NCBI RefSeq assembly: GCF_000189295.2
Contig: NC_016803.1
Location: forward strand, 1,230,001-1,262,000
Reading direction: 5' to 3'
Origin: Pseudodesulfovibrio mercurii
Lineage (GTDB): Bacteria > Desulfobacterota > Desulfovibrionia > Desulfovibrionales > Desulfovibrionaceae
DNA length: 32,000 nucleotides
Made by a program: the position numbers and the translations under genes. Shown in pieces: positions 1 through 7,983 of this stretch; position 1 is the first letter of the stretch; each line of letters begins with the position of its first letter. The notes beneath the pieces are model-generated. The model saw only the letters and a program-made list of their open reading frames with translations. It made no database searches and had not been told where the DNA came from.

Positions 1-212
1 ACCCCGCCGTGGGGAATGGACAGGAAGCGGACGCGGGAATCCCGGCGCGCGTATTCGGCCAGGATTCCCGCAGTGTCGTCGCTTGAACCGTCGTCCACGG
101 CCACCACCTCGAAGTCCGCGCCCTCCTGAGCCAGGAGCGAGTCGAGCGCTCCGGCCACGGTGTCCCCGCAGTCAAAGCAGGGCATGGTCACGGATATCCG
201 GGGCGCGGCCAC
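1..212 (-). CDS. Glycosyltransferase family 2, N-terminal fragment that runs off the left edge
   Basis: This frame is absent from the ORF track because it leaves the window. Hand translation from GTG at 212 gives VAAPRISVTMPCFDCGDTVAGALDSLLAQEGADFEVVAVDDGSSDDTAGILAEYARRDSRVRFLSIPHGG, a typical GT2 N-terminus including DDGSxD. GGAGGG sits 8 nt upstream of the GTG. Confidence 0.6.
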   Translation of the reverse strand, partial: MAAPRISVTMPCFDCGDTVAGALDSLLAQEGADFEVVAVDDGSSDDTAGILAEYARRDSRVRFLSIPHGG

Positions 213-216
213 GGGA

Positions 217-1134
217 TCAGCCCTCCTGCGCCCGGCTTTCGGCCACGGCCGCCCGGATGCGGCAGACCGAGCAGATCTCGGCGCTGGTGGGCGAACCGCA
301 TTCGGTGCACGGCGCGAGCACCGCCCCGGTCTCCTTCTCCTGGCGGGCGAAGGCCGGTTTGCCGTTCTTGAGGAAGGCCTGGTAGAACTGGAGCTTCTGG
401 CCGGGGGAGCGGTGTTCCAGCTCGCCCCACAGCTCCTTGTGGCCGGTGAAGCTGGCCCCACCCGCATAGGGGCAGGGGTCGGAGTGGATCTCGATGCCCT
501 TGAGAAAGGCGTAATTGGCGGTCTCGTACTCGCTCAGGCGGAACAGGGGCTTGACCTTGCGCACGAACCCCTCGGACGCGGGCAGGACCGGGCCCTGGTC
601 GGACAGGTAGGCCGTGTCCCAGCGCAGGGTGTTGGCGAACAGACGGGCCACCTCGTCGTCCAGGTTGTGGCCCGTGGCCAGGACGTCGAAGCCCTCCTCC
701 ACGGCGATGCGGTTGAAGTGGTGTCGCTTCATCTTGCCGCACACGGCGCAGACCGGGCGCTTGACGTACTTCTTCACGTCCGGGATGGGCAGCCCCCAGG
801 CGGCCATCTCGAAGACGCGCAGGGGCAGGCCGTGCAACGTGCAGAAATCCTCGACCTTCCTGCGGGCCTTTTCCGAGGAGTTCGGGATGCCCAGGTCGAT
901 GTGCAGGCCGGTGACGTCGTAGCCCTGGAGCTTGAGTTCGAGCATGAGCGCCAGGGAATCCTTGCCCCCGGACAGGGCCACCAGGATGCGGTCCTCATGG
1001 GTGAACATCTTTTCCCGGCGGATGGCCGTCTCCACCTGCTTGGTGAAGAAGAGCGGGTAGCAGTCCGCGCAGAAGCCGGAATGGTGGCTCGGCAGGGACA
1101 CGTGGGCCGTCTTGCGGCAGCGGGTGCATTTCAT
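217..1134 (-). CDS. PP-loop ATPase of the TtuA/Ncs6-type tRNA 2-thiolation family
   Basis: Part of ORF 217..1419, trimmed to ATG at 1134 (MKCTRCRK). It has the SGGKDS PP-loop, an N-terminal CxxC...CxxC, a CAVCG cluster, PCPY, and a C-terminal CTECG...CSVC zinc-finger-like pair. It lies 11 nt downstream of a ThiS-like gene. Confidence 0.75.
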   Translation of the reverse strand: MKCTRCRKTAHVSLPSHHSGFCADCYPLFFTKQVETAIRREKMFTHEDRILVALSGGKDSLALMLELKLQGYDVTGLHIDLGIPNSSEKARRKVEDFCTLHGLPLRVFEMAAWGLPIPDVKKYVKRPVCAVCGKMKRHHFNRIAVEEGFDVLATGHNLDDEVARLFANTLRWDTAYLSDQGPVLPASEGFVRKVKPLFRLSEYETANYAFLKGIEIHSDPCPYAGGASFTGHKELWGELEHRSPGQKLQFYQAFLKNGKPAFARQEKETGAVLAPCTECGSPTSAEICSVCRIRAAVAESRAQEG

Positions 1135-1145
1135 ATGAGTACCCC

Positions 1146-1343
1146 CTACCCGGCCGACGTGACTTTGCGGACCAGGAGCTCGTCCCCGTGGACGAGACTG
1201 CGGTCCGGGGTGAGCAGTTCGCCCCTGCGGGCGACCAGGGCCATGGTGGGACGGAGCTGCAATTTGTTCAGCACGGCGAGCACCGAGCGCGTGTCGTTCA
1301 GCTCGATGCGCTTCCCGTCCGGTTCCAGATTGACAATGATCAT
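1146..1343 (-). CDS. ThiS/MoaD-like ubiquitin-fold sulfur-carrier protein (65 aa)
   Basis: ORF 1146..1379 trimmed to ATG at 1343, preceded by AAGGAGAA. Sequence MIIVNLEPDGKRIELNDTRSVLAVLNKLQLRPTMALVARRGELLTPDRSLVHGDELLVRKVTSAG. Size, pattern and position next to the PP-loop enzyme fit this family. The C-terminus is AG, not GG. Confidence 0.6.
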   Translation of the reverse strand: MIIVNLEPDGKRIELNDTRSVLAVLNKLQLRPTMALVARRGELLTPDRSLVHGDELLVRKVTSAG

Positions 1344-1500
1344 GGGTTCTCCTTTGCCGCAGGCCATTTTGACGGCCAACGACCGGGGGGACAGTAGCCG
1401 GGATGGCGGCCGAGTTCAACCCCGCCCGGCCCGGTCCGCCGACCCGGTCCGCCGGTCCGGGCCAAATGATGATAATTCGCCATAAAATTCAAAACCGCTG

Positions 1501-1530
1501 TTGACCCTAAAGTGTTCTATCGCCTATGCT
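1501..1530 (+). promoter_or_regulatory. Candidate sigma70-type promoter for the receiver gene
   Basis: TTGACC (1501-1506), an 18-nt spacer, then TATGCT (1525-1530), about 32 nt upstream of ATG 1562. Pattern match only. Confidence 0.3.
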
Positions 1531-1561
1531 CGTACCAAGGGCTAATTCCAAGGAGGAAGCC

Positions 1562-1933
1562 ATGAGCCAACCCAAAATTCTCGTAGTGGACGACGAAAAA
1601 CACATCCGCATGCTCTATCGGGAAGAACTGGAGGCGGACGGCTACAAGGTGGCCACGTCCGACGGCGAAGAGGACATCCTCGACGTCATCGCCAGGGAAA
1701 ATCCGACCATCGTCATTCTGGACATCAAGCTGGGCGTCAACCGTTCCGGCCTCGACCTGTTGCAGGAAATCCGCACCAAGGACCAGCAGATTCCGGTCAT
1801 ACTCTCGACGGCCTACGACTCCTTCCAGCACGATCTCAAATCCATCGCCGCGGACTATTACGTGGTCAAGTCCGTGGACCTGACCGAACTGAAGGACAAG
1901 GTCCGGATGGCCCTGAACAAGGCCGGCGCCTAG
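1562..1933 (+). CDS. Stand-alone response regulator receiver (CheY-like)
   Basis: ORF 1526..1933 trimmed to ATG 1562, preceded by AAGGAGGAAGCC. ILVVDDE, ILDIKL (phospho-acceptor Asp context), VILSTAY and a conserved K (VVKS). There is no output domain. Confidence 0.85.
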   Translation: MSQPKILVVDDEKHIRMLYREELEADGYKVATSDGEEDILDVIARENPTIVILDIKLGVNRSGLDLLQEIRTKDQQIPVILSTAYDSFQHDLKSIAADYYVVKSVDLTELKDKVRMALNKAGA

Positions 1934-1961
1934 CCGGACCATCCTCGACCGACCCGGAGAC

Positions 1962-1998
1962 GGACGCCTTACCACGCGGGAGGGCGTCCCGTTTTTTT
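1962..1998 (+). terminator. Rho-independent terminator
   Basis: GGACGCC (1962-1968) pairs with GGCGTCC (1983-1989) and is followed by CGTTTTTTT. Confidence 0.75.
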
Positions 1999-2024
1999 GC
2001 CCGGCCCGGCCTCGCGGCTATAAT
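1997..2024 (+). promoter_or_regulatory. Candidate sigma70-type promoter for the HD-GYP gene
   Basis: TTGCCC (1997-2002), a 16-nt spacer, then a perfect TATAAT (2019-2024). Pattern match only. Confidence 0.3.
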
Positions 2025-2113
2025 TGACAGTGGACGATTTTCATGGGTACCTGACAGGCTCCGGGGGAGAGGGCGTCCGGCCCCGTGCGCCCCGGCAAAG
2101 GCGGATCACACCC

Positions 2114-3082
2114 ATGACACAAGCGACCAAGGCGGAATATTTCCCCATCTCCCCGCTCATCCTGCGGCCCGACTTCAAGGTGCCCTTCGACATCTTCCTG
2201 CGCCACGACGACAGCCACGTCCTGTTCAACGCCAGCGGCCGGACCATGACCAAGGCCAAGCGCAAGGAGCTGGCCCTGGCGGGCATCGTGACCATCTACG
2301 TGGACAAGCGCTCCCGCAGGCTCTACCACGACTATATCCGAGCCAACCTCCTCGACCTGCTGGAGGACGAGTCCATCTCCCTGACCGAGCGCGCCCAGGC
2401 CTGGACCAACGCGGCCACGGCCCTGTCCAAGGAACTCTTCGAGACCAACCTGCCGGGCCCGGCCTTCAAGAAGCGCTACGTCCGCTTCCAGGAACTGATC
2501 CGCAGCAGCGCGGGCTTCCTCAGCTCCCCGGAACCGCTCCGGAACCTGACCCGGTTCATCGGCAAGGGGTACGAGACCTACCACCATGGCATCTCGACCA
2601 TGATCTACGCCGTGAACCTGATGCAGGAGTACAAGTTCGGCGACGACGAGGTCCTGGCCTGCGGCATGGGCGCCCTGCTGCACGACATCGGCCTGGTGGG
2701 CATGGACAAGGCCCTGCTCGAGACCGACCCCGCCGCCATGTCCCCGGCCAGCCGCCAGATATTCACCATGCACCCGCTCATCGGCGTGCGCGTCTGCGCC
2801 CACTTCGACCTGCCGATCATCGCCACCAACTGCATCCTGTTCCACCACGAGCGCATCGACGGCAAGGGCTACCCCACCCAGGCCTCGGGCGAGGAGATTC
2901 CCCTGCCCACCCGCGTGGTCGCCCTGTGCAACCGCTACGACGACCTGACCCGCAACCGGCCATACAGCCGGGCCGTCAAGCCCTTCGACGCCCTCAAATC
3001 CCTGACCGACGACAAGGGGCTGGTGGAGCCGGACATGCTCAAGCGGTTCATCAAGCTCCTGTCCAGGGCGGAGATCGTGTGA
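2114..3082 (+). CDS. HD-GYP domain cyclic-di-GMP phosphodiesterase
   Basis: ORF 2024..3082 trimmed to the first in-frame ATG (2114, MTQATK). LLHDIGL and HHERIDGKGYP signatures in the C-terminal half. The N-terminal ~150 aa is uncharacterised. Confidence 0.85.
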   Translation: MTQATKAEYFPISPLILRPDFKVPFDIFLRHDDSHVLFNASGRTMTKAKRKELALAGIVTIYVDKRSRRLYHDYIRANLLDLLEDESISLTERAQAWTNAATALSKELFETNLPGPAFKKRYVRFQELIRSSAGFLSSPEPLRNLTRFIGKGYETYHHGISTMIYAVNLMQEYKFGDDEVLACGMGALLHDIGLVGMDKALLETDPAAMSPASRQIFTMHPLIGVRVCAHFDLPIIATNCILFHHERIDGKGYPTQASGEEIPLPTRVVALCNRYDDLTRNRPYSRAVKPFDALKSLTDDKGLVEPDMLKRFIKLLSRAEIV

Positions 3083-3156
3083 CAACCCCCGGCACGGGCG
3101 GCCCGCCGGGCTGAAATCCCTTGCCGCCCCACCCCGTTGCATGGTAGCCGCTCCTG

Positions 3157-3798
3157 ATGTTCGACATCACCGCACAGGACATCCAGGTCTACCTGACCCT
3201 GGCGCCCGGCCTGCTCATCGCCCTGGTCTTCCACGAGGTGGCCCACGGCTACGTGGCCTACATGCTGGGCGATCCCACGGCCAAGTCCCGAGGACGGCTG
3301 ACCCTCAACCCCCTCAAGCACCTGGACCCCATCGGCACCCTGGCCTTTTTCTTCGTCCACTTCGGCTGGGCCAAGCCCGTGCCCATCAACCCCCGCTACT
3401 TCAAGGACCCGCGCAAGGGCATGATGTACACGGCCATGGCCGGACCGGGCATCAACTTCATCCTGGCCGCCCTGTTCGCCGGGGCGTTCCACCTCATGTC
3501 CCTGTTCAACCTGAACCCGCAGAACGCCCTGTACGCCGTGGCCTACTACGGGGTCTTCGTCAACCTGATCCTGGCCGCCTTCAACCTTTTGCCCATCCCG
3601 CCGCTGGACGGCAGCAACGTCCTGGCGTACTTTCTTTCCCCGCGAGCCGCCTACAGGTACATGTCCATGAGCCGCTACGGGTTCATCATCCTCATCGCGA
3701 TCATCCTGCTCGGGCGCTACACCGGGCTCGACATCGTCGGCCGGGTGATCGTCCCCCTGGTCCAGGGTCTGGGCGCCCTGCTGGGCGTGCCCCTCTAA
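3157..3798 (+). CDS. Site-2 protease family (peptidase M50) membrane metalloprotease
   Basis: ORF 3157..3798. HEVAHG zinc motif in the first TM segment, several hydrophobic segments, and [10 protein letters not shown] (the second M50 motif). Confidence 0.8.
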   Translation: MFDITAQDIQVYLTLAPGLLIALVFHEVAHGYVAYMLGDPTAKSRGRLTLNPLKHLDPIGTLAFFFVHFGWAKPVPINPRYFKDPRKGMMYTAMAGPGINFILAALFAGAFHLMSLFNLNPQNALYAVAYYGVFVNLILAAFNLLPIPPLDGSNVLAYFLSPRAAYRYMSMSRYGFIILIAIILLGRYTGLDIVGRVIVPLVQGLGALLGVPL

Positions 3799-3822
3799 CC
3801 TCCAACCGCAGACCACTTCATC

Positions 3823-4812
3823 ATGAGCGAAAAACAACGAATCCTCTCCGGCATGCGTCCCACCGGCCCCCTGCACCTCGGCCATTACTTCGGCGTCATC
3901 GCCAACTGGCTGAAGATGCAGGAAGAATATGACTGTTATTTCTTTGTGGCCGACTGGCACGCCCTGACCAGCGAATACGCCGACCCGACCCGCATCAAGG
4001 GGTTCATCCCCGGCCTGGTCAAGGATTGGGTGGCCGCCGGACTGGACCCGGAAAAGTGCTCCATCTTCCAGCAGTCCCAGATCAAGGAACACGCCGAGCT
4101 CAACCTGATCCTGTCCATGTACACCCCCCTGGGCTGGCTCGAGCGCTGTCCGACCTTCAAGGACCAGAAGGAGCAGTTGACCCAGAAGGACCTGAACACC
4201 CACGGCTTCCTCGGCTACCCGGTGCTCATGTCCGTGGACATCCTCATGTACAAGCCCCTGGCCGTGCCCGTGGGCAAGGACCAGCTGCCGCACCTGGAGC
4301 TGACCCGCGAGATCGCCCGCCGGTTCAACCATCTCAACAACACCGACCTGTTCCCGGAACCGGCGGACATGCTCACCGAAGCGCCGGTCCTGCCCGGCCT
4401 GGACGGGCGCAAGATGTCCAAGAGCTACGGCAACTCCATCATGCTCTCCGAGCCGCTGGACGAGATCATGCCCAAAGTGCGCGGCATGAAGACCGACGAG
4501 AACCGGCTGCGCAAGTCCGATCCGGGCGACCCCGACATCTGCAACCTCTTCCCCTACCACAAGCTCATGACCGACCCGGCCAAACTCCCCGAGATCGTCA
4601 AGGGGTGCAGGGACGCGTCCTGGGGCTGCGTGGACTGCAAGAAGCTGCTCATGAAATCCCTGGAGGAATTTCTCACGCCCCTGCACGAGCGCCGCGCCGC
4701 CTGCACCGACGAGCGGGTCCGGGAAATCCTTGAGCAGGGCAACGCCAAGGCCCGCGCCTACGCCGTCAAGACCATGGAAGAGGTCCGCAAGGTCCTCAAC
4801 TTCGACTTCTAG
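3823..4812 (+). CDS. trpS: Tryptophan--tRNA ligase
   Basis: ORF 3823..4812. GMRPTGPLHLGHY (HIGH-type) and KMSKS motifs, with the size and overall pattern of a class I TrpRS. Confidence 0.95.
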   Translation: MSEKQRILSGMRPTGPLHLGHYFGVIANWLKMQEEYDCYFFVADWHALTSEYADPTRIKGFIPGLVKDWVAAGLDPEKCSIFQQSQIKEHAELNLILSMYTPLGWLERCPTFKDQKEQLTQKDLNTHGFLGYPVLMSVDILMYKPLAVPVGKDQLPHLELTREIARRFNHLNNTDLFPEPADMLTEAPVLPGLDGRKMSKSYGNSIMLSEPLDEIMPKVRGMKTDENRLRKSDPGDPDICNLFPYHKLMTDPAKLPEIVKGCRDASWGCVDCKKLLMKSLEEFLTPLHERRAACTDERVREILEQGNAKARAYAVKTMEEVRKVLNFDF

Positions 4813-4881
4813 GCGAAAACAGGCTAGGGTGACGCAATCCACCCGGACGAGACCGGGCCAAACCACCATCCAGGAGATTCT

Positions 4882-5310
4882 ATGACTGCGCAGAACGGCA
4901 GCACCGTCAAGGTACACTACACCGGCACCCTCAAGGAGGACGGCAGCCAGTTCGATTCCAGCGAAGGCCGCGAGCCGCTGGAGTTCAAACTGGGCGAAGG
5001 CATGGTCATCGCCGGATTCGAAAAGGCCGTGCTCGGCAAGTCCGCCGGCGACACCGTGACCGTGGAGATCCCGCCCGAAGAGGGCTACGGTTCCCCCAGC
5101 GCGGAGCTGGTCTTCCAGGTCCGCCGCGAACAGCTGCCGCCCACCGTGGAGCTGGAAGAGGGCATCATGCTGGAAATCCGCACCGAGAACGGCCAGCCCG
5201 CCTATGTCCGCGTGACCGAGTTCGACGACGAGCTGGTCACCCTGGACGGCAACCACCCCCTGGCGGGCGAGACCCTGGTGTTTGATATTGAGATCGTAGA
5301 AGTAGCATAA
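4882..5310 (+). CDS. FKBP-type peptidyl-prolyl cis-trans isomerase (SlyD/FkpB-like)
   Basis: ORF 4882..5310 preceded by AGGAGA. VKVHYTGTL...GxxFDSS...FKLGEGMVIAGFEKAV plus a C-terminal DGNHPLAG motif. Confidence 0.85.
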   Translation: MTAQNGSTVKVHYTGTLKEDGSQFDSSEGREPLEFKLGEGMVIAGFEKAVLGKSAGDTVTVEIPPEEGYGSPSAELVFQVRREQLPPTVELEEGIMLEIRTENGQPAYVRVTEFDDELVTLDGNHPLAGETLVFDIEIVEVA

Positions 5311-5330
5311 ATAATTAAACTTCGATTAAC

Positions 5331-5376
5331 TCCCCGCCTCTTGCTGCATCGGCGAGGGGCGGGGTTTCCTTTTTAC
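5331..5376 (+). terminator. Probable intrinsic terminator after the PPIase gene
   Basis: An imperfect GC-rich stem (CTCCCCGCCTC ... GAGGGGCGGGG) followed by TTTCCTTTTT. Confidence 0.45.
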
Positions 5377-5386
5377 GAGGCACGCC

Positions 5387-6562
5387 ATGAGCATATCCGA
5401 CCGTTGCTGCAACATCACCCCGTTCCTGGTCATGGAAATCAACGAAAAGGCCGAGGCCATGGAGCGCGCAGGTCAGTCCGTCATCCGCATGTGCGTGGGC
5501 GAACCCGACTTCGACACGCCCGAATGCGCCAAGAAGGCCGCCTGCCAGGCCCTTGCGGACAACAAGACCCACTACACCCACTCGCTGGGCATCCGCGAAC
5601 TGCGCGAGGCCATCTGCGAGGACTACGCGAAGCGCTACGGCGTGACCCTCGACCCGGACAACATGGTCGTCACCCAGGGCACCAGCCCGGCCATGCTCGT
5701 GCTCTTCTCCACCATCCTCGAACAGGGCGACAAGGTCATCACCTCGGACCCCTGCTACGCCTGCTACGACAACTTCATCACCTTTGCCGGGGCCGCGCCC
5801 GTCAAGGTCCCGGTCTTCGAGGACGACGGCTTCCAGTACCGCGTGTCCGCCATCCGCAAGGCCCTCGACCAGAACGACCGGATCAAGGCCATCCTGATCA
5901 ACTCTCCGGCCAACCCCACCGGGACCCTGCTGTCCGAGGAGCGGCTCAAGGCCATCGCCGAGATCGCCGAGGAGCACGACCTGTGGGTCATCTCCGACGA
6001 GATCTACCACGGCCTGGTCTACGAGGGAGACGCCCACTCCATCCTCGAATACACGGACCGCGCCTTTGTCTTCAACGGCTTCTCCAAGCTCTACGCCATG
6101 ACCGGCTGGCGGCTCGGCTACCTCATCGCCCCGCCCCACTTCATGCGCACCCTGCGCAACCTCTGCCAGAACTTCTTCATCTCGGCCAACACCATGGCCC
6201 AATGGGGCGGGCTGGCCGCCCTCAAGGAGGCCGGGCCGGATGTGGAGCGCATGAAGGCCACCTACAACAAGCGGCGCGTCTACATGCTCGAACGGCTCAA
6301 GGACATGGGGCTGCCCGTCAAGCACGAGCCCACCGGCGCCTTCTACGTGCTCGTGAACATGCGCCCTCAAGCCGCCAGGTTCGACGGCTCCTCCCTGGCC
6401 CTGGCCTACGACATCCTCGACAAGGCCCACATCGCCGTCACCCCCGGCATCGACTTCGGCCAGGGCGCCGAGGGCTACATCCGCTTCTCCTACGCGACGT
6501 CCATGGCTAACATTGAGGAAGGCATGAATCGGCTGGAACAGTATTTACAAGACTTCAAGTAG
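5387..6562 (+). CDS. Pyridoxal-phosphate-dependent aminotransferase, class I (aspartate/aromatic type)
   Basis: ORF 5387..6562. NSPANPTG and the SFSKLYAMTGWRLGY PLP-lysine motif. Confidence 0.9.
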   Translation: MSISDRCCNITPFLVMEINEKAEAMERAGQSVIRMCVGEPDFDTPECAKKAACQALADNKTHYTHSLGIRELREAICEDYAKRYGVTLDPDNMVVTQGTSPAMLVLFSTILEQGDKVITSDPCYACYDNFITFAGAAPVKVPVFEDDGFQYRVSAIRKALDQNDRIKAILINSPANPTGTLLSEERLKAIAEIAEEHDLWVISDEIYHGLVYEGDAHSILEYTDRAFVFNGFSKLYAMTGWRLGYLIAPPHFMRTLRNLCQNFFISANTMAQWGGLAALKEAGPDVERMKATYNKRRVYMLERLKDMGLPVKHEPTGAFYVLVNMRPQAARFDGSSLALAYDILDKAHIAVTPGIDFGQGAEGYIRFSYATSMANIEEGMNRLEQYLQDFK

Positions 6563-6586
6563 CCTCAAGAATCTGATCAATAAAAA

Positions 6587-6615
6587 GGGAGCATGACAAC
6601 ATGCTCCCTTTTTTT
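6587..6615 (+). terminator. Rho-independent terminator
   Basis: GGGAGCATG (6587-6595), loop ACAA, CATGCTCCC (6600-6608), then T7. Confidence 0.85.
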
Positions 6616-6649
6616 ACGCCTCATAGATTCTCCAACGCCCTCCCTCTTT

Positions 6650-6826
6650 GGAGCGAATCGGGTGCGCAGCACCCGACAGCGGCTCTCCGCACTCGCACCA
6701 GGCTTTCGAGAGTGGGTCAGCTGTGCATTTTCTTCCGGCCGCGACAACCGCAGCGTAGCCGTCTACGTGAGGATTGGCGCGGCCGGAAAAAATGTGCAGA
6801 TGGCCCGCTATCGAAAGCCGCCCCCC
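6650..6826 (+). repeat. Copy A of a ~177-nt structured intergenic repeat (candidate ncRNA or MITE-like element)
   Basis: Aligns by hand to the reverse complement of 30902-31078 with 6 mismatches over ~177 nt. It contains a 7-bp hairpin (6659-6675) and a 40-bp interrupted hairpin (6701-6743 pairing with 6778-6819), with an apical mini-hairpin at 6754-6767. Confidence 0.85.
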
Positions 6827-6842
6827 GCGTTCGCGTCCCTCC

Positions 6843-7457
6843 TCAAACCCGGATGTCCAGCCCCTTGTACGGGGCAGCGCCGGCCCCCACCACGATGCCG
6901 CCCGCATCAAAGAGGGATTGGGTATCCATGTTGGTGGAATACCACCAGGCCATGGCGTCGGTGGACAGGGGCCGGTTCATGTCCCGCTCGGACAGGCGGT
7001 TTTTGGCTGTGGCGGCGAGCTTGCCGAACTGGAGGGTGCGGCCGAGCTGTTCGACCTTGTCGGGGTTGGCCGCGAAATAGGCGTTGATCATGTCCTTGTC
7101 GGGATGATCGCCGACCACGGTGGCCGCGCCCGCCGGGTCGTAGGAGAGGCGGAACACGGTGGCGGTGTCCACGCCCAGGGCCGCGAGATCGGCCTTGACC
7201 TCGTCGTTCCAGGTTTCGAGCAGTTCGGCGTGGCGGGTCTCGACGTCGCCGAAGGTCAGCTGCCCGGTGGTGTCGGGCACGGCGTCGGCCAGAAGGTCGC
7301 GGAGATAGCCGCGCATGACCGAACCCGAGGCCGGGGACTCGTCCCGACGGGTTTTTGACTGTTCCGGGCCCAGGGGAAATTCGCTGTCCGGGGCGGTCTT
7401 CCTCGGGCGGCGATACGTGTACCCTTGTACAGCCTGTTCAATAGGTTGCGTGGCCAT
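6843..7457 (-). CDS. Hypothetical protein (204 aa), no recognisable domain
   Basis: ORF 6843..7457 is the only long frame here that is not a shadow of another gene. It has host-like composition. No motifs recognised. Confidence 0.6.
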   Translation of the reverse strand: MATQPIEQAVQGYTYRRPRKTAPDSEFPLGPEQSKTRRDESPASGSVMRGYLRDLLADAVPDTTGQLTFGDVETRHAELLETWNDEVKADLAALGVDTATVFRLSYDPAGAATVVGDHPDKDMINAYFAANPDKVEQLGRTLQFGKLAATAKNRLSERDMNRPLSTDAMAWWYSTNMDTQSLFDAGGIVVGAGAAPYKGLDIRV

Positions 7458-7536
7458 GGTGCCTTCCCGCGCAGGCGTTTTACCGATAAACCGCAGACGT
7501 CCACCCTATATTCTTAGCATGAAATGTACCATTCGA

Positions 7537-7566
7537 TTGCCAAGGGGCGAGAATCGAGGTTAGTAT
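7537..7566 (+). promoter_or_regulatory. Candidate sigma70-type promoter for the ComFB-like gene
   Basis: TTGCCA (7537-7542), an 18-nt spacer, then TAGTAT (7561-7566). Pattern match only. Confidence 0.25.
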
Positions 7567-7612
7567 GCCAGCACTCCTGGGAAAAACGGCAGCCGCAGAG
7601 GGAGGGCCGAAC

Positions 7613-7909
7613 ATGCTCAAGAAGCCGCTGAAGATACTCGGCGTGGATGTCTCCAAGATCGTCAACCGCAACGAACGGCGCGTGGCCGAACTGGTCCCGC
7701 AGATCATCGCGGAATATTACGAAGACTATATTTTCGAGGACCTGGACATCCAGGACATCTACGCCCTGGCCCTGAACCTGCTTCCGGCGGGCTACGCCCA
7801 GGCCGGGTCCATCGTGCTCTCGGACCGCATCTCGGACTACGAGATCCGCACCCAGATCCGCAACGCGGTGGAACGCGTCCTGGACAACCCCACCCGGGCG
7901 AGCGATTAG
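7613..7909 (+). CDS. ComFB-family (late competence development protein-like) small protein
   Basis: ORF 7565..7909 trimmed to ATG 7613, with GGAGGG 8 nt upstream. NRNERRVAELVPQII...DIQDIYALALNLLPAGYA matches the ComFB core pattern (N..E..V ... D..AlaLN.lpP.Y), although the cysteines are absent. Confidence 0.65.
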   Translation: MLKKPLKILGVDVSKIVNRNERRVAELVPQIIAEYYEDYIFEDLDIQDIYALALNLLPAGYAQAGSIVLSDRISDYEIRTQIRNAVERVLDNPTRASD

Positions 7910-7932
7910 GCCAACCCCGAGACCGACGAAAA

Positions 7933-7971
7933 ACGGCCCGCCATGTCCAGCATGGCGGGCCGTTTCGTTTT
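7933..7971. terminator. Bidirectional intrinsic terminator between convergent genes
   Basis: ACGGCCCGCCATG (7933-7945), loop TCCAG, CATGGCGGGCCGT (7951-7963). An A-run lies upstream and TTCGTTTT downstream. Confidence 0.8.
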
Positions 7972-7983
7972 CCGTTGCGGGGC

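Noticed and set aside
1430-1459. A tandem 13-nt direct repeat, CCCGGTCCGCCG[A/G] x2 plus a partial third unit
   Set aside because: It is a short GC-rich low-complexity slippage-type repeat in a divergent promoter region, and nothing indicates a function.
1526-1561. A longer N-terminus for the receiver protein from the track start
   Set aside because: The ATG at 1562 is preceded by a strong AAGGAGGA and gives the canonical receiver N-terminus. The upstream extension overlaps the putative promoter.
2935-5256. A 773-aa minus-strand ORF spanning HD-GYP, M50, trpS and the PPIase gene
   Set aside because: It is antisense to four well-supported genes and has low-complexity composition, so it is a GC-driven shadow ORF. 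The same applies to 160-1485, 2018-3142, 5315-6430, 7975-9609, 9880-11229, 11066-12352, 17930-18919 and 19115-21631.
6601-7080. ORFs crossing the 177-nt repeats with near-identical peptides (6601-7080 plus and 30788-31114 minus; also 6614-6910 minus and 30895-31161 plus)
   Set aside because: The peptide similarity only reflects about 97% nucleotide identity. Both strands stay open, there is no RBS, and the frames run on into unrelated flanks. The hairpin structure explains the conservation better than coding does.
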